From: a bacterium
Lineage (GTDB): Bacteria; Myxococcota_A; Bradymonadia; Bradymonadales; Bradymonadaceae
Length of the DNA: 34,625 nt
Assembly (NCBI GenBank): GCA_030427705.1
Contig: JAUIBR010000002.1
Coordinates: 220,631 to 255,255, forward strand
Direction of reading: 5' to 3'
The position numbers and the translations under genes were made by a program. The notes below the pieces were generated by a model. The model was not told the DNA's origin and searched no databases. It worked only from the letters and a program-made list of their open reading frames with translations. Below, piece after piece: positions 7,360-15,058 of this stretch (the first letter of the stretch is position 1; each line of letters starts with the position of its first letter).

Positions 7360-8686
7360 ACGACTCCCAATCGTCCTGTAGTCGCTTCAGCTCAGAAAGC
7401 ACCTCCGAATACACAACCGGGTCGACGTCGCGCAGTTGAAAGTCCGTCTTTGGGTAGCCCAGGAACCGGCGAAATCCGACATCCGTAATCTCAATTGGGT
7501 CATCGTTCGCGCTGGCGCGGAAATGCACCAAGGTGTCGACAGTTCGGAATTCTTTCGAAATTTCGGAGTACCAACGGTCAGCCGACTCGGTCTGCCAACC
7601 ACGTTGCACAAGCCATGGAAGCGCGAAGTGGTTGGGAACGGACACACCGATCGTTGCTCCGTGCGATTTACGCTCGTCTTTCGGCACTTTGAGGATCGGA
7701 CGGTCCAGCTGAGGGCAGAGGGTGACAACACCATAGTCGCTCAGCTGTTGACCCCATAGATTGAGGTCTTCCTCGCCAATCTGGCTTGGGTGTACCACGC
7801 CGATTAGCCACTCTTCGTCCAACTCAACGTCATCTTCGTCAGGCCCGATGAACGTCCCGCCTTCTTCGACACGAAACGTGGCTCGAAGCCCACCAGTGCT
7901 GGAGTAAGCCCCCCAAACGACACGCTCGGCGAGGTATCCCATCAGGGGATGATGGAGCAGGTATTCGATCCAGTGCTTTTGACGCCAGCGCATCTGGGTG
8001 ACGAGCGCTTGCTCGATCCGGCGCGCTTGGTACGGAACCGTGTCCTCGATATTGGCGCGCACCAATGCCCAGCGCTTGACCTCCTGAGGATCGGCGCCGT
8101 CAGGCAGGTCGGTGTGCGATTCCAGCGTCTCGCGATCCCGAAGATAGGGCTGCAGTCGCTCGTTCAGATGCAACGTAAACTCTCGCTCGCCCACCTTGAA
8201 TGCTGTTGAGCCCTTCTTTTCGAGGCCGCAGGTTGGAACGACTTGGTCTTCCAACTCCCACGTCCGAAGTGCACGGGCATCTGCGAGGTCCCGTAGAGCC
8301 CGTGCTGCCGCATCTGCAAACGCATGATGGCCGCAGTGGCTGCGGATATGCTGAATCTGGGCAATCGCGGGAATCGAATCAATGGCGACGAACGTCTCTG
8401 CCACCAGTTTTGCGATGTCAGGTGAACCAAGCTGTTCCGATCGCTCGTTGGGATGGGTTGCTCGAACCACCCAATCGCCGAGCAGATGCACGGTATGGTC
8501 GTCTCCAAAGCGCCCCGCGACCAGAAGCACCCACGGATAGATCGTCGGCCCTGCGCCACGCAGCGCAGCTTCTGCAATCTCGCGCGCAGCTTCAGCATAT
8601 TCGTCGCCAAACGCGTCGGTGAAAGCTGTTAGGTCATCGGCGTCACCGATCGACGTCAATCGTGCTGCAAGTTCGTTTTGGTTCAT
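7352..8686 (-). CDS. Hypothetical 444-aa protein, DUF4132-like C-terminal region. It is the last gene of the tfoX_C-polX operon.
   Basis: Long ORF with genome-typical codon usage. Its start overlaps the polX stop by 4 bp (ATGA). The region ...LAERVVWGAYSS...HPSQIGEEDLNLWGQQLSDYGVVTLCPQLDRPI...LVQRGW... resembles my recollection of the DUF4132 (MolR-associated) domain. I see no catalytic motif. Confidence 0.6.
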   Translation of the reverse strand: MNQNELAARLTSIGDADDLTAFTDAFGDEYAEAAREIAEAALRGAGPTIYPWVLLVAGRFGDDHTVHLLGDWVVRATHPNERSEQLGSPDIAKLVAETFVAIDSIPAIAQIQHIRSHCGHHAFADAAARALRDLADARALRTWELEDQVVPTCGLEKKGSTAFKVGEREFTLHLNERLQPYLRDRETLESHTDLPDGADPQEVKRWALVRANIEDTVPYQARRIEQALVTQMRWRQKHWIEYLLHHPLMGYLAERVVWGAYSSTGGLRATFRVEEGGTFIGPDEDDVELDEEWLIGVVHPSQIGEEDLNLWGQQLSDYGVVTLCPQLDRPILKVPKDERKSHGATIGVSVPNHFALPWLVQRGWQTESADRWYSEISKEFRTVDTLVHFRASANDDPIEITDVGFRRFLGYPKTDFQLRDVDPVVYSEVLSELKRLQDDWESSK

Positions 8687-10416
8687 CGAATCAATGTCCG
8701 TGTTCGAGAAATCAGCTCTTCAGCGCTCACGCAGTTAAGGAGGTCCTTCGGTTCCATCCACGCCCGGCGGGCTTGCTGCAGCGCATATTCAATATGGTCC
8801 AAGGATTCCACTGAAGTCGCCGCCGATCCGCAAACAAGCATGGCACCAAGGTGCTTCGCCCGTCCAGCCATCTGTGCGTTGAGGTCCAGACGCTGTGGAT
8901 CGCCGCTAATCTCAAGCGCGACCCCGAAGTCGTTCGCACATTGCACGACCTCTTCGAAGTACATTTTGTAGCCGTCATGGACACCCAGATGGCGTCCAGT
9001 CGGGTGCGCCAGGCATGACACGACCCCCGTCTCCATGCCCCACATCAGACGCTGCGTCATCGTGTCCGCATCCACGTCCGTGTCGGTCGTCACGCCCGCC
9101 AGGACCCAGTCGCACTCGGCCGCCAAACGCAGATCAATGTCGAGCATGCCGTCGAACGTGATCTCGCACTCAACGCCCGACAACACGGTGAAACCGTCAA
9201 TCATCGCATTGAGTTTCTTCACACGTTCGATGTGTTCTTTGAGCCCGCGGTCGTCGATTCCTTTGGCGTGGAGCGTCTTGGTCTTTTCGGTCACAACGCA
9301 CCATTTGTAGCCGCGCTTTTGTAGGGCCTGAATCAGGTCTGGTAACGCGTCGCGCCCGCCAGAAATGGTACTCGAGAGGTGGACGTCGCCTTGAACATGA
9401 TGTGGGTACACAAGGTCTGGCAGCGTGCCATCCTCGCCGGCCTTTATCTCGTCCTTCCCCATCCGAATTTCGGGGGCGATATAAGGAAGCCCGACGGCAT
9501 TAAACACCTGTTCTTCAGTGTCCATTGGACCCACGATGGTCTCAGTCGGGTCGTCATAATGCATGACGCCCTTCTCGCTAATCTTGAGCCCCATCTTCTT
9601 CGAGCGAATTCGCATCTGGATGTGGTGGTCTTTATTGCCCGTAAAGTAGTGCAACCCAGCCCCAAACAGATGGGTGTCGATGACGCGAAGGTCGCATTGA
9701 ATCTCGTTCGTGACCCGCACAGATGCGCGTGTATCGCCGTCGAAAATGATCTCAGTGACGTCGGGCAGAGACTTGAAATAGTCCGATACCGTGCGCGCAG
9801 CATCGGTGGTGACCAAAAGGTCGATATCGCCGATGGTCTCTTTGCCTCGCCGAATCGAACCACCCACCTCACACCGAGCAACCTCTGGGAGATTCAGCAG
9901 TTCAAACCGGATGGATTCGGCCAGTCCTTTGGCCTCAGGCAGAGGAAATCGACGGCCGCGACCGCGCTCCCACCCTTCGATCTCCAACAGTAGCTTGTCT
10001 TGAACGCCGCCGCCGAAGCCCGACAGCGTGGCCAAACGACCATCCAAGGCAGCCTGTTTCAGCGAAGGGATGCTAGCGATGCCCAATTCTTGGTAGAGGG
10101 TTTGGATGCGTTTGATGCCCAGGCCAGGAATATGCCACAGGTCCATCACGTCCCGACCGATGCGGTCTAGAAGCTCTTCATGCCGCGGACTAGCGCCCGT
10201 TATCCGCAGCGCCTGCAGCTCCTCTTCAATCGATTCCCCGATCCCATCGATCTCGTGTAAACGCCGCTGGTCGACCAGGTCGTCGATCGGTTCGGCAAAA
10301 TTCTCGATGAGGCGAGCGGCCCTCGAAAACGCGCGAACCTTGAAAAAGTTGTCGCCCACTACGCGTTGTAGCGTCGCGATCTCCTCCAAAATTTCTGCGT
10401 ATTCTTTGTTGTCCAC
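8683..10416 (-). CDS. polX: DNA polymerase X family protein (Pol-beta-like nucleotidyltransferase with HhH motifs plus a C-terminal PHP domain). GTG start.
   Basis: Pol-beta NT motif GGSIRRGKETIGDIDLLV, N-terminal HhH/8-kDa-like region, and C-terminal PHP-like segments (GDVHLSST..., LEISGDPQRLDL). Confidence 0.85.
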   Translation of the reverse strand: MDNKEYAEILEEIATLQRVVGDNFFKVRAFSRAARLIENFAEPIDDLVDQRRLHEIDGIGESIEEELQALRITGASPRHEELLDRIGRDVMDLWHIPGLGIKRIQTLYQELGIASIPSLKQAALDGRLATLSGFGGGVQDKLLLEIEGWERGRGRRFPLPEAKGLAESIRFELLNLPEVARCEVGGSIRRGKETIGDIDLLVTTDAARTVSDYFKSLPDVTEIIFDGDTRASVRVTNEIQCDLRVIDTHLFGAGLHYFTGNKDHHIQMRIRSKKMGLKISEKGVMHYDDPTETIVGPMDTEEQVFNAVGLPYIAPEIRMGKDEIKAGEDGTLPDLVYPHHVQGDVHLSSTISGGRDALPDLIQALQKRGYKWCVVTEKTKTLHAKGIDDRGLKEHIERVKKLNAMIDGFTVLSGVECEITFDGMLDIDLRLAAECDWVLAGVTTDTDVDADTMTQRLMWGMETGVVSCLAHPTGRHLGVHDGYKMYFEEVVQCANDFGVALEISGDPQRLDLNAQMAGRAKHLGAMLVCGSAATSVESLDHIEYALQQARRAWMEPKDLLNCVSAEELISRTRTLIR

Positions 10417-10428
10417 GGCCAGACGCAG

Positions 10429-10680
10429 CTAGTTGAGATATCCCGCATCACGCCGAAGTCGAGCTTTGGTGGCCATGTCGAGTTCGTCCCACCGAACATC
10501 GCGCAGCGCGCCCTCGAGCGCGTACAGCAGATTCAATCCGGCGCTAGCCTGGCGTGCGGATATCAGCTGGAATGCTTCGACAGGTCCGACCGCTTCGAGT
10601 TCAGCACGGGTCGTGATTCCGATATCGTTCAGCCACTGGATAGTGGTAGGTCCAAGATTCAACAGGTCCTTGAGACTCAT
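10429..10680 (-). CDS. Stand-alone TfoX (Sxy) C-terminal domain protein (83 aa).
   Basis: LLNLGPTTIQWLNDIGITTRAELEAVGPVEAFQLISARQASAGLNLLYALEGAL matches the TfoX_C (HhH-containing) domain consensus LpNiGpks..L...GI.t..dL...G...ay..l.......slnlLyaLegAl. Its stop lies 12 nt upstream of the polX start. Confidence 0.7.
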   Translation of the reverse strand: MSLKDLLNLGPTTIQWLNDIGITTRAELEAVGPVEAFQLISARQASAGLNLLYALEGALRDVRWDELDMATKARLRRDAGYLN

Positions 10681-10745
10681 AGGCCTTTCGACGTAGGTTC
10701 ATTTCAAACGTGAATGCTTGTCTCCAATCTTGGTTCGGAAAGCAA

Positions 10746-11585
10746 ATGGAACCTTTGAATCGTTATGTTTTTGTCGCGTGCTGCTTGGTCGTGTTCGCGG
10801 GCTGCACGGAAGTGGAGTCTGAGCGCCCTTGCCGGCTGACCGCAGACGGTTGGGTGTGCCAGGACATGGGCACCGATACCGGCGCGAATAATGTCAACAA
10901 CGCAAACAATGCGAACAACGACATGGGCGGGTCGAACAACGCCAATAACTCCAACAACGCGAACAACTCGAACGGTTCGAACAACAGCAACAACGCAAAC
11001 AACTCGAACAGCAACAACGCAAACAACACGAACAACACGCCAGCTCCGGCATCATGTGCTGCAGTGCGCGATGGTGGCGGCGCCACAGGAACCCACACGA
11101 TTTCGTTCAACAACAACGATGTTCAAGTCCACTGCGACAACGACACGGCTGGCGGCGGATGGATGTTGGTCGGTCGAAGCGCCCCAAACGGGACGAGCAA
11201 CTCGTTTGGGTGGCGAAACCGAACCGGGTCCGTCGACGACATGAATACCCCATATTCACTGGGGCTGGTTGACTTTCCCTTCACAGAGATGTTGGTCACG
11301 AACGCCGCTGGCGACCGAGCTTACATCGTGACCGCGCCCAATAACTTCTGGGCCGATTGCCAGACCGCTGGGTGTGGCACCGCGGTAAGCGTCGAAGCCG
11401 GAATGTGCAACAACATCACAATGCTGAACTTCACCGGGTACAACGGCGATACTGACCGATTCTTCTTCCGTGACCTCGCCGATACTGCCACACAAGGGCT
11501 GTATCCAGGTGGTTTCGACATGTTTTACGACGACTGTCAGGGCGGCGAGCTCACCGGCGCCCAGGGCTCAATTCTGATTCGATAA
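10746..11585 (+). CDS. Lipoprotein with an Asn/Ala-rich low-complexity linker and a Cys-containing, fibrinogen-related-like C-terminal domain. An alternative start lies at 10710.
   Basis: MEPLNRYVFVACCLVVFAGC has a lipobox VFAGC. A (NNANNSN)n linker of about 55 aa follows. Then comes VHCDNDTAGGGWMLVGRS...GTSNSFGWRN, which resembles the FReD core C-D-x-x-x-DGGGW-T-V-I-Q-R-R. There are further Cys residues and the gene ends DDCQGGEL. Confidence 0.65.
   Translation: MEPLNRYVFVACCLVVFAGCTEVESERPCRLTADGWVCQDMGTDTGANNVNNANNANNDMGGSNNANNSNNANNSNGSNNSNNANNSNSNNANNTNNTPAPASCAAVRDGGGATGTHTISFNNNDVQVHCDNDTAGGGWMLVGRSAPNGTSNSFGWRNRTGSVDDMNTPYSLGLVDFPFTEMLVTNAAGDRAYIVTAPNNFWADCQTAGCGTAVSVEAGMCNNITMLNFTGYNGDTDRFFFRDLADTATQGLYPGGFDMFYDDCQGGELTGAQGSILIR
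10887..11040 (+). repeat. Imperfect AAC/AACGCG/AACTCG trinucleotide-based microsatellite inside the coding sequence; it encodes poly-Asn/Ala/Ser.
   Basis: Runs of aacaacgcgaacaactcgaac-type units are visible across about 150 bp. They also produce the spurious poly-Leu antisense ORF 10763..11116. Confidence 0.75.
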
Positions 11586-13738
11586 TGATTGCTATTTATG
11601 CAGCGACCATGCTGCTGAGCGCCGCGCTTTTGTTCGTGGTGCAACCGATGGTCGCCAAGATGCTCTTGCCTTCGCTGGGAGGTAGTTCCGCCGTTTGGAC
11701 ATCATGCATGCTGTTCTTCCAGGCGCTCCTTCTTGGCGGATATGCCTACGCACATGCAGGGGCCCGATGGCTGGCTCCACGCCGACAAGCACTGGTGCAT
11801 CTTGCACTCATGCTCGCCGCGATCGTTGTGCTTCCCATCACGATTGAACACGCGGCGATCTCTGAAGATGTCTCGCCAGTCGTCTGGCTGCTTACAACCC
11901 TACTGTTGGCGGTGGGCCTTCCGTTCTTTGTCGTCTCAGCCAGCGCGCCGTTGCTGCAACATTGGTTCGCGCAGACCGATCACAAAGATGCCGGCGACCC
12001 GTACCACCTCTATGCGGCCAGTAATATCGGCAGCATGGTTTCGCTGCTGGGCTATCCGTTTTTGATCGAACCACAAATCGGTGTGCGGGCACAAAGCATG
12101 GCCTGGGCGTTTGGATTCGGCGGGCTCATTCTGGCCACGGGTGTCTGCGCTTGGGTGATGTACAGATTCGACGACGCGGGTGTGAAACCCGAACCGGCCA
12201 AGCGCGTGCAGATCGACTGGAAACGGCGGGGTAAATGGCTTGTCTATGGGTTCATCCCATCGAGTTTGATGCTGGGCGCGACCCAGTATCTGACCACAGA
12301 TATTGCGGCTGTCCCGCTGTTTTGGGTGGTGCCACTCGCCATCTATCTGCTGACGTTCATCCTGGTGTTTTCGCAACGCAATCTGCGCCCTCCGCAAAAT
12401 GTTGAGCGCGCAATCCCAGCGCTGACGCTACTGGTGATGGCGCTCTCGATGGTCAAAATCCCGATGTGGATTGTGATTGGGGCCCATCTGGTCCTCTTCT
12501 TCCTGATCGCGACGCACTATCACGGCCGCCTCGCGGACGACCGACCTCAGGTCGAGGCACTCACCGAGTTTTACCTGGTCATGTCGTTGGGCGGCGCGTT
12601 AGGTGGGCTGTTCAATGCCCTCATCGCCCCTACAGTTTTTGACCGACTGATCGAGTACTGGATCGTGCTCATTCTGGCAGTGGCGCTGGTTCCGGTTTTT
12701 GGCCACGGCAAAGAGGACGAGCTTCGCCCCAAAGTCGAGCGCTATATTCTACCTCCCGTTTTGTTCGGTTTAGGTGGATACCTTCTCTTCGCTGTTGGGT
12801 TTGTGCGGCTTGGTACCGGTTGGACCATCGCCGTTGCCGGTGCAGCGTTGCTGGCGACATCCGCCCTCGTCGCGTTCCGTCCCAAACTGGCGAACATCGC
12901 CTTCGCCGCGGTTATCGTGATGGCGGTCGGCGAGATCATCAGCGTCACCGGTCTGGTTGCCAACGACAGGTCGTTCTTCGCCTCGTACAAAGTGTTCGAC
13001 CGTAATATTGGCGACTTCAAACTTCGCAAGTTCTCGCACGGGACGACCAGCCACGGCGCTCAGGCGCTCGACCCTGAAGAACGCAAAACCCCGATCGCCT
13101 ATCACCACCCCATTGGGCCGGTTGGGCAGGTCTTGCGGGCGATTCCCCATGAGCGCGTTGCGGTTGTCGGACTGGGAGCCGGGGCCATGGCGGCCTATGG
13201 CGAGGACGGCAAGCACTTCGATTTCTACGAGATCGATCCGTTGGTCGAAGAGATGGCGCGGGACTACTTCACCTACCTCGATGACTGCGGCAAGAACTGC
13301 GATGTCCTAATCGGCGACGGACGCCTATTGGTAAGCCAGAAACCGGACAAGCACTACGACATCATCTTCTTGGACGCCTACAACTCCGATTCTGTCCCCA
13401 CCCACTTGCTGACGCGAGAAGCGCTGCAAATGTACCTAACGAAGCTGACAGATGACGGCATTATTGTGTTCCACGTCTCGAACCGTTATCTCAATGTGCG
13501 CGGGGTGGTTGGTGCACTTGCGAATGACGCCGGATTAGCGGTCAAAACGCAGCTGCACGTCCCGCCGCGAGACCTCAAGAAGAAGTATGTAATGACGTCA
13601 GCCTACTCAGTCGTCGCCCGAGACGAGGCGCACCTGAAATCGCTGGCGAATGACCCACGTTGGAAAGAGAGTCCGGCGACCAAGACCGTTTGGACCGACG
13701 ACTACACGAACATCATGGAAGTGTTCGAGTGGGACTAG
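11585..13738 (+). CDS. Fused polytopic membrane domain plus spermidine synthase-like (aminopropyltransferase-fold) domain protein.
   Basis: About 12 predicted TM helices in the N-terminal 480 aa. The C-terminal region VAVVGLGAGAMAAYG...FYEIDPLVEEMAR...CDVLIGDGRLL...YDIIFLDAYNSD...IIVFHV matches the SpeE/class I SAM-MTase fold. The start overlaps the upstream stop (TAATG). Confidence 0.8.
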   Translation: MIAIYAATMLLSAALLFVVQPMVAKMLLPSLGGSSAVWTSCMLFFQALLLGGYAYAHAGARWLAPRRQALVHLALMLAAIVVLPITIEHAAISEDVSPVVWLLTTLLLAVGLPFFVVSASAPLLQHWFAQTDHKDAGDPYHLYAASNIGSMVSLLGYPFLIEPQIGVRAQSMAWAFGFGGLILATGVCAWVMYRFDDAGVKPEPAKRVQIDWKRRGKWLVYGFIPSSLMLGATQYLTTDIAAVPLFWVVPLAIYLLTFILVFSQRNLRPPQNVERAIPALTLLVMALSMVKIPMWIVIGAHLVLFFLIATHYHGRLADDRPQVEALTEFYLVMSLGGALGGLFNALIAPTVFDRLIEYWIVLILAVALVPVFGHGKEDELRPKVERYILPPVLFGLGGYLLFAVGFVRLGTGWTIAVAGAALLATSALVAFRPKLANIAFAAVIVMAVGEIISVTGLVANDRSFFASYKVFDRNIGDFKLRKFSHGTTSHGAQALDPEERKTPIAYHHPIGPVGQVLRAIPHERVAVVGLGAGAMAAYGEDGKHFDFYEIDPLVEEMARDYFTYLDDCGKNCDVLIGDGRLLVSQKPDKHYDIIFLDAYNSDSVPTHLLTREALQMYLTKLTDDGIIVFHVSNRYLNVRGVVGALANDAGLAVKTQLHVPPRDLKKKYVMTSAYSVVARDEAHLKSLANDPRWKESPATKTVWTDDYTNIMEVFEWD

Positions 13739-13762
13739 CCCCTTTCACGGAACGAGAACGAA

Positions 13763-14956
13763 ATGTCAGCATTGTCCTTTGAACTCAAATGCACCGATGG
13801 TCGTGCGCGTCGCGGTGCTGTGACGACGCCGCATGGCACGTTTCAGACGCCGGCCTTTATGCCCGTGGGAACGCGCGGAACCGTCAAGGGACTGATGCCT
13901 CGTGACCTTCGCGAGACGGGATCGGAAATCTGCCTGGGCAACACCTATCACCTGCACATCGCGCCGGGTGACAAGATCGTAAAGAAGTTGGGTGGACTGC
14001 ACGAATTCATGAAATGGGATCGCCCAATTCTGACGGACTCAGGCGGGTTCCAGGTTTTCAGCCTTCCGCGCGTGAAACTCGACGAACAAGGTGTCGAATT
14101 CAAATTCCAGAAGGGTGGGAAATCCGTGCTGCTGACACCTGAGCGCAGCATCGGAATCCAGGAGAACCTGGGTGCCGATATCATGATGGCATTCGATGTT
14201 TGCGTCGAATACCCGACCACCTACGAAGCGGCGCGCGATGCGGTCGAACGCACCGACCGGTGGCTGAAACGATGCGCCGCTGCGCAGACTCGTGACGACA
14301 TGGCGCTCTTTGGAATCGTGCAAGGTTCCGTCTACCCAGACCTGCGGCAAATGTCGGCCGAGCTCACCAAAGCCCACGACCTTCCAGGCATCGCGATCGG
14401 TGGCGTATCCGTTGGCGAAACGCACACTCAGATGATGGACGCAGTGGACCACGCCGAACCCTTCTTGCCGACCGACAAACCGCGATATCTGATGGGTGTT
14501 GGATTTCCGGAAGATCTGGTCGAGGCGGTCGCGCGGGGAATCGATATGTTCGACTGCGTGCTGCCAAGCCGGTTTGGACGCTCTGGCGTGATCTTCACAC
14601 GACGGGGACGGTTCCGCGTCACAAAGGGCAAATTCAAAGCGGACTCCTTCCCGTTGGATCCCAACTGCAATTGCTATGCGTGCCAGAACTTCTCGCGCGG
14701 CTACATCAACCACTTGTTGAACGTGAAAGAGATCTTGGGCTCGACGCTCGCCACTTTGCACAACATCACGTTCTACCAAGACCTGATGCGGGCAACGCGT
14801 CAGTCCATCGAGGAAGGCACCTTCCAATTCTTCCGGGAGGCGTTCTTGGCCGAGTACCTCGACGACGAGAAGAAGGCTGAAATCGGTGTCGAGCACTACA
14901 CTCGGGACAATGCCGACAAGCTTTCTTGGGATACGACGCATTCGGTCGTCCCCTAG
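13763..14956 (+). CDS. tgt: Queuine tRNA-ribosyltransferase.
   Basis: TPHGTFQTPAFMPVGTRGTVKG, catalytic region LTDSGGFQVFSL, and Zn site CNCYAC...H, all Tgt hallmarks. Confidence 0.9.
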   Translation: MSALSFELKCTDGRARRGAVTTPHGTFQTPAFMPVGTRGTVKGLMPRDLRETGSEICLGNTYHLHIAPGDKIVKKLGGLHEFMKWDRPILTDSGGFQVFSLPRVKLDEQGVEFKFQKGGKSVLLTPERSIGIQENLGADIMMAFDVCVEYPTTYEAARDAVERTDRWLKRCAAAQTRDDMALFGIVQGSVYPDLRQMSAELTKAHDLPGIAIGGVSVGETHTQMMDAVDHAEPFLPTDKPRYLMGVGFPEDLVEAVARGIDMFDCVLPSRFGRSGVIFTRRGRFRVTKGKFKADSFPLDPNCNCYACQNFSRGYINHLLNVKEILGSTLATLHNITFYQDLMRATRQSIEEGTFQFFREAFLAEYLDDEKKAEIGVEHYTRDNADKLSWDTTHSVVP

Positions 14957-15058
14957 CGCAAAAATCACGCTTGCCATTAGTGCAATTTTCCGCCTCAACT
15001 GTCCGACGCAGGCGGTTCGAACGGCATTCCAATCAACTCGTATTGCGATCTAGAAAGT

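Noticed and set aside
10887-11040. Considered whether the short-period repeats could be a CRISPR array or an intergenic tandem repeat
   Set aside because: The units are 3-9 bp, imperfect, in frame, and lie inside a CDS with a signal peptide upstream and a folded domain downstream. There are no spacers of 28-40 bp and no cas genes.
10763-11116. 117-aa minus-strand poly-Leu/Phe ORF
   Set aside because: It is the antisense reading (GTT/GTTG) of the AAC-rich coding repeat of the lipoprotein gene.
14039-14998. 319-aa minus-strand ORF antisense to tgt
   Set aside because: A shadow ORF. tgt motifs are unambiguous on the + strand.
14990-15015. Hairpin CCGCCT-(14 nt)-AGGCGG downstream of tgt as a possible intrinsic terminator
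   Set aside because: The stem is only 6 bp with a large loop and no U-tract follows. It is not convincing as a Rho-independent terminator.
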